A stretch of DNA of 59,364 nt, the filler included, from Circinaria calcarea (lineage: Eukaryota): the NCBI GenBank assembly GCA_051942165.1. It is 2 parts of 2 records of this genome, joined end to end, with 100 filler letters (N's around TTAATTAATTAA, not from the genome) between each part and the next. Parts side by side here need not be neighbours in the genome. Positions count along the whole stretch, not along the records: positions 29,965 to 59,364 come from JAVECS010000045.1; 1 more part is not named here. One strand, given 5' to 3'. The position numbers and the translations under genes are program-made. Below, piece after piece: positions 37,237-49,521 of this stretch (the first letter of the stretch is position 1; each line of letters begins with the position of its first letter). The notes under the pieces were generated by a model that was not told the DNA's origin, did not search any database, and saw only the letters and a list, made by a program, of their open reading frames with translations.

Positions 37237-38690
37237 GGTGAAGACAATTGTTCTTTTTGCCGTGGAGTTGGAAGGGATTAATGGACTCTGGACTTTACAA
37301 TGGGTTTCTGGTTTTGGAATGGAAGTTGATTTCGGCGTTTTTGATATGGATATGGATGGGGATACCCGAGTATAGAGCGCACACGGCAAAACAGGCACAC
37401 ATGATCGATCGGCTTTGGGGAAATCTCCATTGCGCAACGAGACAAACTACCCTACCGACCCCTCCAGAATCCGGACGTGGGCACTCTTTCTACAATTTCG
37501 ACCTAACGAATCAAATCCTCGACTCTGGGCATGTCTTGCAAGCAAAAGACTTTCGGACGAAACGAGGATTTGGTTTGGACCTGGGCAATTGTGAGGGAGT
37601 TCGACCTGCCGGATGTTCTTCGTTTGGCGGGCGGGCATTGGTGGTAGTTTAGCACAGAGAATGAATGGGGTTCGGTTTTAGTAATGGAAAGCCGTGGGAA
37701 AAAGGGGCGCCTTGTCGTTAATAACATGGCCTTGGTCGTTTCGGTTTTTTTTGTGTATAATTGCATGAAAACCTGTGAAATCCCCCCTTTACCTTTTTCC
37801 TTTCCTTTTGCCCAGCTCCATAATCCAAGCCCTCAGCTCCGGTTCCCTGGGTTCCTCTTATTAGGTAGATCCATTGATTGGGTGCATGTATTGTGGTGGA
37901 GCCAAGGCGACTAATGGCTGGGCGCGCATATGGAATGGGCAGGCAGGCATGGAGGACTCCGACATCTTACATACACACTCTTTTACACGCATAACATAGC
38001 AGAATAGCAGTCAGAAATGCAATATTGATACCGTCCGATATCTCTCCCATATATGCACTATACTGTAGCAGCCAGTTCGTGCCATATACCCTCTCATTCT
38101 TCACTATTCAGGCTCCCATTACCCTTTCTCGACAGCGTCTTTGCCTATACCTTAGGAGCATAGCGGAGCACCTTATATCCTCCACACTCCGTACCGTTAT
38201 TTTGCCAGATGTTTATTTATCCATGTCTATATCCATGTTCATGTTCATATCTATACTCTATTAGCCTCGTCTTTCTCTCTCGTCATCACCACCACAATCG
38301 CCATTATTACCCCGTCGTTGTTGCCATCTCCATGAAAATCACCATTATTAATGAAATCAGACGGACTGTTTCTTTTAGCATTTCAAAATAAAAAAACAAA
38401 ACCGCAAAGGAAAAAAGAAACGTAGAAATTTTCCCCATCGGCCACGGGGATACGGGTACTGATGATTTGCAGTACGAAGATCAAACCAGACGCAGATAAA
38501 AACCAACTCCATAATTCATCAATTAATTAATTAATTCGTCACGTGCCCTTCTATTACTTCATATGCTATATTCATTGCTACCCAAATCAGACAAGTCACT
38601 TTTTCCTCCTTTCATGTCCCCTTCCTTCTCCCTTTCCCTGTTCGTACCCTATTCCACACCACCTTTGCTTCTCTCACTTCCTCATCAACT

Positions 38691-41600
38691 CTAAACACCC
38701 GAACTAGCCGCCGGCATCGCCGTACTAGCATTATCCGCTCCACTCAACGCCGTATTCACCATCCCCGCTGCGGACCCAGACCCGGACCCGGACCCGGAAC
38801 TCCCACTCACTATCGACGCTATCGTGGTCGTCGAAAGAGTTGTGACTGTGACAGTCGTCATACTACTACTCCCGTTCACGAATGGCGGACTAATCATCAA
38901 AGACGACGGCTGGGCAACGGGACCCAGGTCCACGCTAGCAGCAGATGGCAACTGCACCTCCGAAGACAGCGCGGCTGTCGAATCGGGCGGGAAAGACGAG
39001 TTGCCCATACTCGTGCCAGCCTGGCCGTCTTCACCGGCGCGTAGGAGCGCCAAGAGCGAGAAATGCCCACCGGCGACGGGTCTGGCGTTGAAGAAGATCG
39101 AGTTGGGGCTTACCGGGTAACTACCATCATCGATCGTCTCGTATAGATCCGTGAAAGCCCTGTTCGTGTTCGTGTAGTTAAGCCAGTACCCAAGCGCATT
39201 GACGAATAGACGCCTGGTACTAGGCGAGCAAGTCGCCGCCGTCCACATCTCCCAGTCGCTTTTGGTGTAGCTGTGCCTGTTGTCTAGCGGTACGCCAAAG
39301 ATCTGAGAGATGGTAGGATACCAATCCGATTGCATGTCGTAGATACGTTGCGGGATAAGGCCGAGGTTGAGTAACTTGTCTGGGTAGGTGTTGTAAAGGA
39401 GCCCGTAGGAGGAGCGCCATTCATAGGCGAGGAGGGTGTGTTTGCCCGAAGGGTCGATTGCAAAGTATTCCCACTGCGTGAGGTAAGAAGAAGCGGTTTG
39501 GGAGAAGCTGAGGGCGTCGGGGATGTTGCCCGTGACTGTAGCGACCATAGCCATCGCCCGGATACCGACAATACCCTTGATGGCTAAATTAGTCTGATTT
39601 ATTAATTGACCAGCGAAGTCATCTAGCTTGGGAGTTAGCTGGAGTTTGAATCAGATCTCATCTAAAGATACAGATACTGACCAGTGCTGAGCTGAATACC
39701 AGGAATCAACGAATACTCGATAAGGTAATTTGTAAATTGGCGCAGTTTAGCATAGTGCTGCTGAAGCCAGGCCGCATTTCCAGAAAATCTTCCATGGCAT
39801 TAGATGTTAAGATATATTTATTTGTTCCCAGAAAAGGTAGTGTAACGGGGAGGGTTTCCTACTTGTAATATGAATAGCTCATTAATACCATGTTACCAGA
39901 TTCTTCAACAGGCATGTATTCATCGTTGCCTGCTACATGCCCGGTCGCATTGGGATAATTTGTCCCCTGTGCATGATGTTAGTATCCATAACAGTCTTGC
40001 AGCAATCGAACCGCCTACAAGATCATGCATACTGTAGCCATTTGGATAGAATCCACCCTCCTGATTCTGGAACAGTGGTTCGAGATTGTATTTGAGGAGC
40101 TCGGGGTTGGCATATAAGAAGAACGGCATTGCCGGATACATAACATCCACAGTATTAACGTTTCCGTCAGAAGAGATCTCTTTCTGGAACATTAGTGGCT
40201 CGGATACATTCGAGTTTGTGCTTGCACAGGTTCCAGTCGGAGGAATCACAAGGACATATGCTCCCATGATCTGCCGTGTCGATAGAGCAACTATAGAATA
40301 GTATGCCTCCGCTTCTGCAACGTCCGGTATGGCTATACCACTGAAATTATTTGGATTTAGGAATCCATAAGCGGTGTTAGGGTCAAAGATGTATTCGTTT
40401 CCGTATTCATCAGTGCCATTGGCGAATCCTTGCGAACCGTTTGAGTACATCGGCGGTGCGGTTGGGGGACTTTTGCTGTAGACCATAGCCATGTTTGCAG
40501 CATAATAGGAGTCGACGTCTGCCTTTAGTTGTGCTTCAAAATCATAGGTAAGCTGCTGTGTCTGTGAGAAATCGCTGAAGTGAAAAGCAATCATTTGAAA
40601 GATGTCACCATAGCATCGAGTCCACCAAGGCTGTAAAGGCACGACACCAGACGACGTAAGGTATCGAACAGCTGGCTGCTGAACTGATCCGATCGTATAC
40701 ATTACAGTTGCAGATGTTACCCTTCCGAAATCGTGCCCATAGGCGAAGACTGGGTCACGGGCACCCGAGCCTCGATAGTCCATATCGATCAGGTTCTGCA
40801 ATGTATGCTGCATAATGAAATTATATCGTAATGTAGAGGAGAACCCGCTTTGGAAGCTGAACTTAGTTGCGAGTGAAGGGCTCGAGGAATAAGTAAAATT
40901 ACCCCATAATGGGAAATCATACTCTTCGCCAAACTCGTATGGTTGCTGTAGATGGAAAAGCCTGCGCAGAATTTATCACCATCAGGAGGTGGTACACACA
41001 AAGCAGAAGGAAACACTGACCAGCTGTATACTGCGGAGGGGGCTCCTGTAGTATTGTCACCTGCGTTGACGATGTTTGAGCCTTCGTATAGGTTCCACTC
41101 AATCGTCTTGTTACTTTCATATGATATCCAAGCCGCATTGACATCACTATAGAATTGCACGTCATGCGGCGCATTGTCCGTTGATTGAACGGTAGTTGTC
41201 AGGTAGCTGAGAGGGATACTTGTCCTACATATGTCCTTTGGTATAACAGATGACAAAAAGCTAGCTGTAACCTCAACAGGCCCAGCAGCGAAAGTGAAGT
41301 TGGAATACTGAGAATCATAGCTAACGGTCAATGGGACCGCGGCTTGCAGATTTGGCAACGAGGGAAGACTCTGAGAGCCAATTCCGAGGTACTCGTATGC
41401 CGTTCCGTCGACGATAACGAGACCTTCCCAGCCAAGGACCTGGCCGGGCCTGTTAAGGACGGTTATCTCGAGAATGCCACAAATCCTCCCTCTCTCACCT
41501 ACCAGAAAATCACATCATTACTGTTTAAAGTTCCATTCCTCGCAGTCGTGGTCCAGGCGCTGGTATAGGGCGACCTCACCGCCAGTGGTAAGGCTGGCGG

Positions 41601-41767
41601 TCTCGCAGGGGAATAGGCAGGGAGAGTATGGCTGCGCAGCAGTGAGCACCCTACCACCAACCATGTAGTCAAATAGCATACCCATTGCTGTCTTTAGCTG
41701 TCGTGTATGGGTTCTGAGCGCCTACGACGGCAGCGAGTATCGCCCAGGAAATCCAACGGATAGACAT
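38691..41767 (-). CDS. Secreted glutaminase GtaA-family protein with a Ser/Thr/Gly-rich C-terminal tail
   Basis: Signal-peptide-like MSIRWISWAILAAVVGA; PLAVRSPYTSAW, FQKEISSDGNVNTVDVMYPAMP, YMPVEESGNM, DDFAGQLINQTNLAIKGIVGI, LLYNTYPDKLL, GVPLDNRHSYTKSDW, ARPVAGGHF. Multiple introns. Confidence 0.92.
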
Positions 41768-42171
41768 CTTCTCACTGAGCAAGAGAGAGCTGACAACGAA
41801 AAGAAGAGCGGAAGTGCTGTTGAAGAGGTTTGTACCTCCCCAGCCAGTCCATCGTCATAGAGAGCAACGAGCTCATGCAGCATCAACGCAGGTGGATCCA
41901 GTATTTATGCGGGGAAGTGGGTATAAACATGCAGGTCGCGCCAGTGCCCTCGACTTTCGTACACGGGGACTGGCTGTGATTTTCTTGAGAGCTACCTACC
42001 TTCCCAGAACGTTTGCGCTCCAGGGTATTCCTGGGTGCCTGGGTGTTGATAGTCTGGCTCATGGAACAATACATTGCAGTTAAAGGGGACGGTAGACACC
42101 AGTGCGTTCGCTCACCAATCACTAGAGACCATACCCGGCACGGACAGACGCCTTCAGACAACAGATGATTA

Positions 42172-42387
42172 CTGTGGTCGCAGCCATAACAGATGTTAGC
42201 GTGGTTGTTTTGCAATAATCATAGAAGGCCCAAATGACGCTTTGATCTCATACAGAAAGACGGAATATACACCGGAGGATGCCCTCCATATTAGACCTCT
42301 TTTTTGGAAAGAATTAATACAGCCTTTACTAAGTATACCGGAGTGGGTCGAAAACCGCGCTAACATCTGCTATGGCTGCGACCACAG
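42172..42387. mobile_element. MITE copy 1 (216 bp, ~35-bp TIRs, TA target duplication; Tc1/mariner-type non-autonomous element)
   Basis: TA|ctgtggtcgcagccataacagatgttagcgtggtt ... aaccgcgctaacatctgctatggctgcgaccacag|TA; the TIRs differ at 2 positions; no ORF. Confidence 0.9.
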
Positions 42388-42662
42388 TACCTTGCTGTGC
42401 TCTTTCGAGTAGGTACTTGGCAAGATGTCTCTCGGGCATAGGGGCATCATCGAGGATCGAGCATTGGTGAAGTCGGGCCACGGGGAATGGGCCGGGGAAT
42501 AACAAAAGTGCGAGAGCGGGGTTCGGGCATCCTGCAGATTCAAAGTCGACGGTACTTCAATTGCACTGCAAAGGAATTGCTCTCTTATAGCATCATAACA
42601 ATCTCATTCAGCTGTTTTCGTGACTCAGCCAGACAGAAATGGGCAACAAGCGGCGGGAAGTA

Positions 42663-42876
42663 CTATGGTAGCAGGCATAATAGATGTTAGTGTGGTTATC
42701 TTACAATAATCATAGAAGGCCCAAACGACAGTTTGCTTTCATACAGAAAGACGGAATATACAACGGAGGATGTCCTCCATATTAAACCTCTTTTTAAAAG
42801 AATTTATACAGCCTTTGCTGATTGTACCCGGGTTGGTCGAAACCCACGCTAACATCTATTGTCCCTGCAACCATAG
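42663..42876. mobile_element. MITE copy 2 (214 bp, same family, TA-flanked)
   Basis: TA|ctatggtagcaggcataatagatgttagtgtgg ... ccacgctaacatctattgtccctgcaaccatag|TA; interior collinear with copy 1 (roughly 83% identity by manual count). Confidence 0.88.
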
Positions 42877-43376
42877 TAAGTGCTTGGTATCGCGTTGCTT
42901 ACAGAGGCAGGGGAAAGATCACTCCAGTGATAGAAGGTTGGAAATGCGCATCGCATTGGTGGGAGCTATAGATGGGTGCACAGGGCGCAGGCATACTACG
43001 CAGTATAAGATTCATCCGCCTGGAGAAAAGGGAATCTGCAAAGGCAGGCATTGGCTTGCGAAGCACCGACATCTTGGCTCAGCCAAGCTCTCCCCTTGCT
43101 CTCTCTTAGCTGTCGGTACTTTGTTGATTATAGAGCGCACACGGATCTGCAGTCAAGGATACAGAGTACACTTCTGTAATTAGTGATTATTTGGGCTACC
43201 TTCTGATTGCTGAAAGATTGATTGGTATCATTATTCTAAACTGTCATCGTGTCCCGTGTTGCAAAGCTATGTTTGAGTTTTGTATGTTTTGATTCAGCGA
43301 CCGTCTAGGCATTTTCTGTTGTTGAGAGGCTGCTTCAATCTTGACAATGCCCCGGATGGTCAGAATAGCATTGTAA

Positions 43377-43966
43377 TCAACGTCCTCTTGAGAGCAGCTT
43401 TTTGAGACCTCCACCGGATTTCTTGAGGTTTTGGGCTTGACGATGATTCGGAGGCTGGGTGTTGACCACGTTAGTCATCGTTCTACACACTTGGCCGTCG
43501 GCTATGGACATACCTGATTCTCCTTTTCCCCATTACTTATCTCCGTGTCTGGTATGGGCCTCAATTCGTCCCCGTTGTAGACGACCCACCAGCCAATCTT
43601 CTCCCCTGGCGCCAGGTGATCCCTCAACTCCATCAAAGCTCCCCAGCCGTCAGTCGCGACTCCTTGGCCCATAACCTCCCCAATGTCAAGACTCAGCTCG
43701 CACAGTTCGACCTTGTCTGCCACAAAGGCAAATGGCTGGCTCGAGCAACCTGTCGTGACTTCGGGATCGTATTGTTCGACAAACCGCAGGGTGGGCAGGG
43801 ATGACATGACTTCTGGATACAGTTGGTGGAAGTTGTCAATCAGGGCCGCCGACGTCAAGGGTGACACTATGTATTCGGCAGCGGCATCATCGATGTTGTT
43901 GAGAATTATGTGGATCCGTACGGCCGATCGAGGCCAACGAAAGCCATGGACAATATAGACAGGCAT
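43377..43966 (-). CDS. FlbE-like developmental regulator family protein
   Basis: MPVYIVHGFRWPR..IHIILNNIDDAAAEY, LPTLRFVEQYDPE..SQPFAFVADKV, GEKIGWWVVYNGDE match the remembered Aspergillus FlbE pattern. One intron before the last exon; stop 43377-43379. Confidence 0.78.
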
Positions 43967-44705
43967 TGCTGGTGCTGAAGCTGGAGTGATCAAGTCGAGG
44001 GCGTCGGTGGGTATAAGTGAAGGGGATTACGGTAGAGGGTCAATTGGCCCCAAGTAGGTAGTCTCTGTAGTTGCGCCTCTGGGCCTCGAGGAAGAGGTTG
44101 CTACTTCGGTATTAAACTGGAGAGCATGACCAAAGATAGAGCTGCTCGAACGCTCCATGCATCAGATCGACGGATCGCTGCATGGATGGCAGCAGAGGGA
44201 GCTTCGACATGCCGGGTGTGACATGTGTGGCGGCAGTAAAAAAGGTGACGGCGACGAGGGGGAAGCAGTGGAAGCTGCATGTGTACGAGACGGACTTTAC
44301 TCTGTAGGGACTCTCGTTGGGAAGCGCGAGTGAACGATAGAGGCTCGGCTGGTCGAGTGCATTTTCATACTCTTGGGTCGCCAAAAGCCGTTGGAGTTTT
44401 GGGGGTTTTATTTTCTCGAATCAAAAGGTGGCCGGGCTCTTTGCAGCTGTCAGAGCATGCAATGTCAGGGTTGACGACAGGCAGCGGCACATTTGACAGG
44501 TTCACGCACAGGGGGGAGTCAATAGTATCACACAAACTGTCGCTAAGCGGATAACTCGAACCCCTTTCCCGATTGGTCTGGAAGGGAGATTGCATGGGGA
44601 GGACAACCCAATACGAACTTCTAGTGAGCTCAAGCAGAAGAGGTATCTCGTACTATCGATTCCAACCCGAATCCGGTCTCTCACCCTTCAGTCCGTCGCT
44701 CGGAG

Positions 44706-45677
44706 CTACTGTTGCCGGCCTTCATGCTCATTCCTCCACACCGAGTCAAAAATGGCCGGGTCTATTGCAAACTCCCTAATGAACTCCCGCTCGAGGTCAT
44801 GCGTCCTCCTCCCAAGCAAGACGAGACTATGCAATGGAGGACCCAGGTCTACTTCGCTGAGTTGTTTCAACGTTCCCACGGTGAGTTTTTCGTCCTCGGC
44901 GCCCACGCGTCCTACTCCAATCGCTAGGCTATCCGTGCTGTACACTCTCTCGGACCGCTGCTCTTCAATCTCAAGCATCTGCCTGGCGCACTGAGCTACC
45001 GTCATGTACCTTGGCGGTTCAAAAATCCTCCTGCCCCTGGCCAGGTTCTCAAGAGACTGCTCTTTGACTTTGATATCCAACAAAACCAGGGTGTGAAGTC
45101 CGATATCACGATTCTCTTTGATGCGATCATAGAATGATGAGGGTTTCCACGTGTCGGTGAAGAACACCATGCTAACCGTCTGACCGAAGTTGTAGAGTTG
45201 TAGTCCAGTACATCCAATCGCTGACATGATTGACGCATTCGGTATGCTTCGAATAGGGATCCTAAGCTCCCGAGCGCGTAGGACAAGGTCAGTATGCGTG
45301 GTAGCCCTGTCCAGCGTAAGCCTTGTCCATATTCTGCCCCTGTTAAGCTAATGTACCCAAATGGATCTCCCACAACCAGAAATGCCACATCGCACTGGTC
45401 AGCTCCAGCTAGGATATCGTCGCTTGTCGACTCGACCATTTCGCGGTCGGCCAGAATAACTGACCGCCCATAATAGCTCTCCTACTGTGACTGATGCATT
45501 AGAGAGAAAATATCGAGAGGTTTAGGCATAGCACCCATTTACCAGTTTCTCTTTGTCAACGAGAAGGACGCTTGTGTACGCTTCGAGATAGACCCGAGAG
45601 GCCCTCTTCACAACACTCAGGCCTTTGACTGTAATATCAGTCTCATCCGCCAACCCAAGGCCAATCAAGAACAGCAT
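44706..45677 (-). CDS. DPH5: Diphthine methyl ester synthase
   Basis: [75 protein letters not shown]. Two introns. Confidence 0.97.
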
Positions 45678-46002
45678 CTTTTTTCTGCATAGACGTAAGG
45701 GTTGGGATTTTGTAACCAGGAGGAAATTCTTGGTACACATGCACGCACGGCTCGTACTCCCGACGAGAAAAAGGCACGGACATAATAATTTCCGGTCCGG
45801 TAAGAGTCGCTCGGATAGGGATTCTGAATCCGGTCCCTTGATGCACCAACCTCACGAGATGCTGCTGCCCGACTTGATGCCATCACATTACATCTTCCGT
45901 CAGAAGAGGGCATGATAAGTAATTTTGTCCAACAAAGGCTAGATAGCACTTGGTGGGGACATTTAATAGGCAAACGTGGTGATAGGTGCTTGGATAATAA
46001 CC

Positions 46003-47676
46003 ATGGCAGAAAATAAGGCGAAATACAAGCTGGAAATTCAGCAGGTGAGACAAGTGACTTTTTTCTTTCCAAGATACCTCGGGTCTTATCCCGCTGCGGG
46101 AAGTCGGGAATGTTCCCTATTCTATTTGAGGTTGATGAATCTCGGACTAGCTCCTGGACATGGCTTGCGTACGAGTATACCCTGGAGGTATACGATAGAA
46201 GAAATGCCTACCTCAGCTATGGTATATCAAGATTGCCTCAAGCTTCGGTTATCTTCCCAAAGTTTGCTGAGTATGACATTTGGCACATGGTGTTTGATGT
46301 AAGATGCCCACAAACTTTGAAGCCCTTGCCCGACCTCTCAAAATAGACTCCTCGACAGTCACGTACCCCGGGCTCAGCTACTGACTTACGGACTGGGGTT
46401 CCACCAGACGTTGTGAAATACTCCTCTTATGAATTGCAAAATTGCCGCGCATATTTTGTTTACACCGCAATGGACTACTGTCACTGCTAGCATACCTCAG
46501 AGCATCTTATACTCACGGCAAAAATTATTACTGAAAGATAGTCATTACAGCTATACTGGATGTGAATCATCTTCTGAATACTTGTTACTGCAACTGGAGC
46601 CATGGCTAATAGGAGATACTTTCGACAGATGATGTTTGTTTCAGGTGAGACCGGTGAACCATCTGGAGAAACCACTAGTATGATTGAGGAGATTGTTCGT
46701 CAGCAAGTTGTTGAGATTGTAAGTATATGGGGTGACCAGATCTATTACAAAGGTACAAGCTTATATACATTTTCAAGCTCTCACAATGCAATGATACCGC
46801 CATCCGACGAGGCGTTCGTACGATACATATTCATGATCTGTTCTTTCTTATTCGCCGTGACAAAGCTAAAACCGCTCGTTTGAAGACATTTCTGTCTTGG
46901 AAAGACGTCCGTAAAACGGCGAAAGATACAGATGAAAAAGGAGGCGATGCTGATGTAGGTGGCGGCGATGATCCGATTGGTGGCGCCGACGTAGCTGGTG
47001 GTGGTGGTCCCATGGTGGGTGATGCAGCCAGGAAAAATAAGCGCAATAAGATCATTCTGCCGTGGGACGTGCAGAGCTACTACTCCGAGCAAGTTCCCGA
47101 GCGTGAAGATGAAGAAGATGATGACGAAGAGGAGATGAATTATGCTACGTTGCAGCGTCTAAAAACTGCAGATGAGCGAACAAGAAACATGACTAGAGAT
47201 GAGTACGTTCATTGGAGTGACTGCCGCCAGGCTTCCTTCACCTTCCGAAAAGGTAAACGCTTTAGGGAGTGGGCTGGCTTCGGCGTAGTCACAGAGAGCA
47301 AGCCAAACGACGACATCATCGACATCCTCGGATTCTTAACATTTGAGATGGTACAGACTTTGACCGAGGAAGCTCTTAAAGTCAAGGCGGAGGAGGATGT
47401 TCATAAGACTAAAAGCGGGAGCGAGCATGCGCAAAGCAAGAAACGTAAGAGAGAGACTGGGCTTTTTGATCCTCCTGAGGAGGGCAACACTCCGGTTGGA
47501 CCAACCCACGTGCGGGAAGCTTACAGGCGCTTGCAACGGAGAGCAAACGGTGGGAAGGCTAAGGTCAACCTTGGAGGACCAAGGGCTCTGCAGAGGACCA
47601 AACTCCAGCTCGTAAGCCCCCCTGACCGAGTGTAACATGTAAGAAATTGAGTAGCTAATGTTTTCCAAAGATTTAA
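46003..47676 (+). CDS. SPT3: SAGA complex subunit Spt3
   Basis: [88 protein letters not shown]. Introns 46045-46628, ~46719-46778, 47612-47670. Confidence 0.96.
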
Positions 47677-48095
47677 GAGTGACAATTTCATGACGATCGA
47701 CGGAAAGATGATACCCAGGCGTTTCTGTATTCGCGCCTACCATTTTCATTCCGTTTCCAAGGCTTCGGCAGGAAAGTATTTTCCTGAATGGATTATGAGC
47801 TTATTACGAAAAAGAGGCTATTAGGTATACTAGGTTGACGGACAGCGGCCACGATAGACTTCCAAGAAGAAGAAGAATCCGAATATGGGTAAGGAAGGTC
47901 CTTTGGAGACCAACACCGTTTGAAATCCTCGACCTGATGAGTCGAACAGGAAAATTAGACCCACAAAGTCCTTGGGCCAACAATTCAATATAATCTGACA
48001 TGCCTCCTATTCAAGCCAATGACTTAAACCTGCAAATACGTTGACTGCCATAGTCTGATGTCTGAGTACGAGACAGGATAGATCCTTGTCGCGCC

Positions 48096-48746
48096 TCAGC
48101 AGATAATTCCATCGCCCTCCACTGACGGCTCCCTTTTAATCCCTTCCCCATTTTCCGTTTTCCTCCGCTTCTCCCTCCTCTTCCGCCTCTTTTCTTCCCT
48201 CTCCCTTTCGTCCTCTGCCACTCTGGTCTCCAGTCTCGCCCTCAAATCCACAATATCCGTCGCCTTCTCCTCTTCCTTCTTCCTCTTTAACCACGCCAGT
48301 CTCTCCCTCACCTCCTCCACTCCGGCCCTCCTCACCTCCCCACTCTGCCCTACAGCCACCAAGTGCTGCCGACTGTTCAAATGGTCCACGAATTGTAGAT
48401 TATCCTTGAACGTCAGATCACAGTCGGCGCAGTAGAAGCCCGCGCCTTTGCCTCGCTTTCCGGTTGCAGCGCCAGCAGGCACGAGTGTCGTTTTGCCCAC
48501 ATTGCTGGCCACGTCGAGCCGGGACGTCCGCGACTCCGACTCTTTCGCATCTGGTGGTGTGGAAGCACGCGGAACGTATTTCTTGCCGGCGAGTTTGGCT
48601 TCGTAGCGGGCTTTGCCCTCTTCCTTGACCTTGGCCTCACGGGCTTCCCCCTTGGCGGCATATTCCGCTCTGTCCCATGTCCGCCGGAAGGAGGTGTCTG
48701 ATGTGGTGGTGTTGTAGACGTTGGATTTCTTGCCAGGGTCGGACAT
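48096..48746 (-). CDS. SNU23: Spliceosomal B-complex zinc-finger protein Snu23/ZMAT2
   Basis: FRRTWDRAEY, GAGFYCADCDLTFKDNLQFVDHLNSRQH (matrin-type C2H2), VRERLAWLK, basic coiled-coil tail. Single exon. Confidence 0.9.
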   Translation of the reverse strand: MSDPGKKSNVYNTTTSDTSFRRTWDRAEYAAKGEAREAKVKEEGKARYEAKLAGKKYVPRASTPPDAKESESRTSRLDVASNVGKTTLVPAGAATGKRGKGAGFYCADCDLTFKDNLQFVDHLNSRQHLVAVGQSGEVRRAGVEEVRERLAWLKRKKEEEKATDIVDLRARLETRVAEDEREREEKRRKRREKRRKTENGEGIKREPSVEGDGIIC

Positions 48747-49521
48747 GTTGGAGGGAAGGCGGTGGTGACGATGGAAGCCCTATTCTAGGATACCGAGGCA
48801 CCAGGGGGGGGGTGGTATCTTGGCGCTTTGAGGTTTCTTGGGTGAGAAGTCATCTCAACGATCGGAAGTGGATGTCCATACTTTGGAGCTAAGGGACGGC
48901 CTTTGATCTATAAGTCCAAAGTGCCAGATTGACTGTCTGTCCACCAGAAGAGTCGCTATACGGATTGCAGTACTAGAAGTCAAAACTCATTCACACTAGT
49001 ATATGGAAGGATGAAGGCTGCGTCCTGAAAATCCGTCTGCAGGGTTATAACCCCACCGCAGCCTGATGGACACAACAAAACCACAAACGAACCACTCACT
49101 CAAATGAATTCTCATTTGCTCTCCTAGACTCCAAAAATAATAACCACTTCAGTCCTTGAAGACATCACCATATCCACTTTCGCAGTGTGTTCAGCTTCGG
49201 CCACAGATCACTTGACTGTGGCTTTCTACTTCCTACTGTTTGACGCACATGCTTAGGCAAACCACGAATTAGGCCGCTAATTCGACACACTCCCGCAAGT
49301 TGCTTCGTATAGAAACAACATTTTCTCATTGAAGAAGAGTTCAAGATAACGTATCCACCGCTTGAATGTGAGAGCACCGTCCCACAGATTGACCGACTTT
49401 CAGATTCTATCGATTGCAGCCAACTTGATCAAGTCACCAGCTGCCAATAAGTCTAGGTGAAAGAGGTAAAGGCATAATCTCCATCAACGATACCAACCAA
49501 ATAGAGGAGATCGCCATAGCC

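Noticed and set aside
38521..38536. AATTAATTAATTAATT resembling the assembly linker
   Set aside because: No flanking Ns; sits in an AT-rich 3' UTR, so most likely a natural microsatellite
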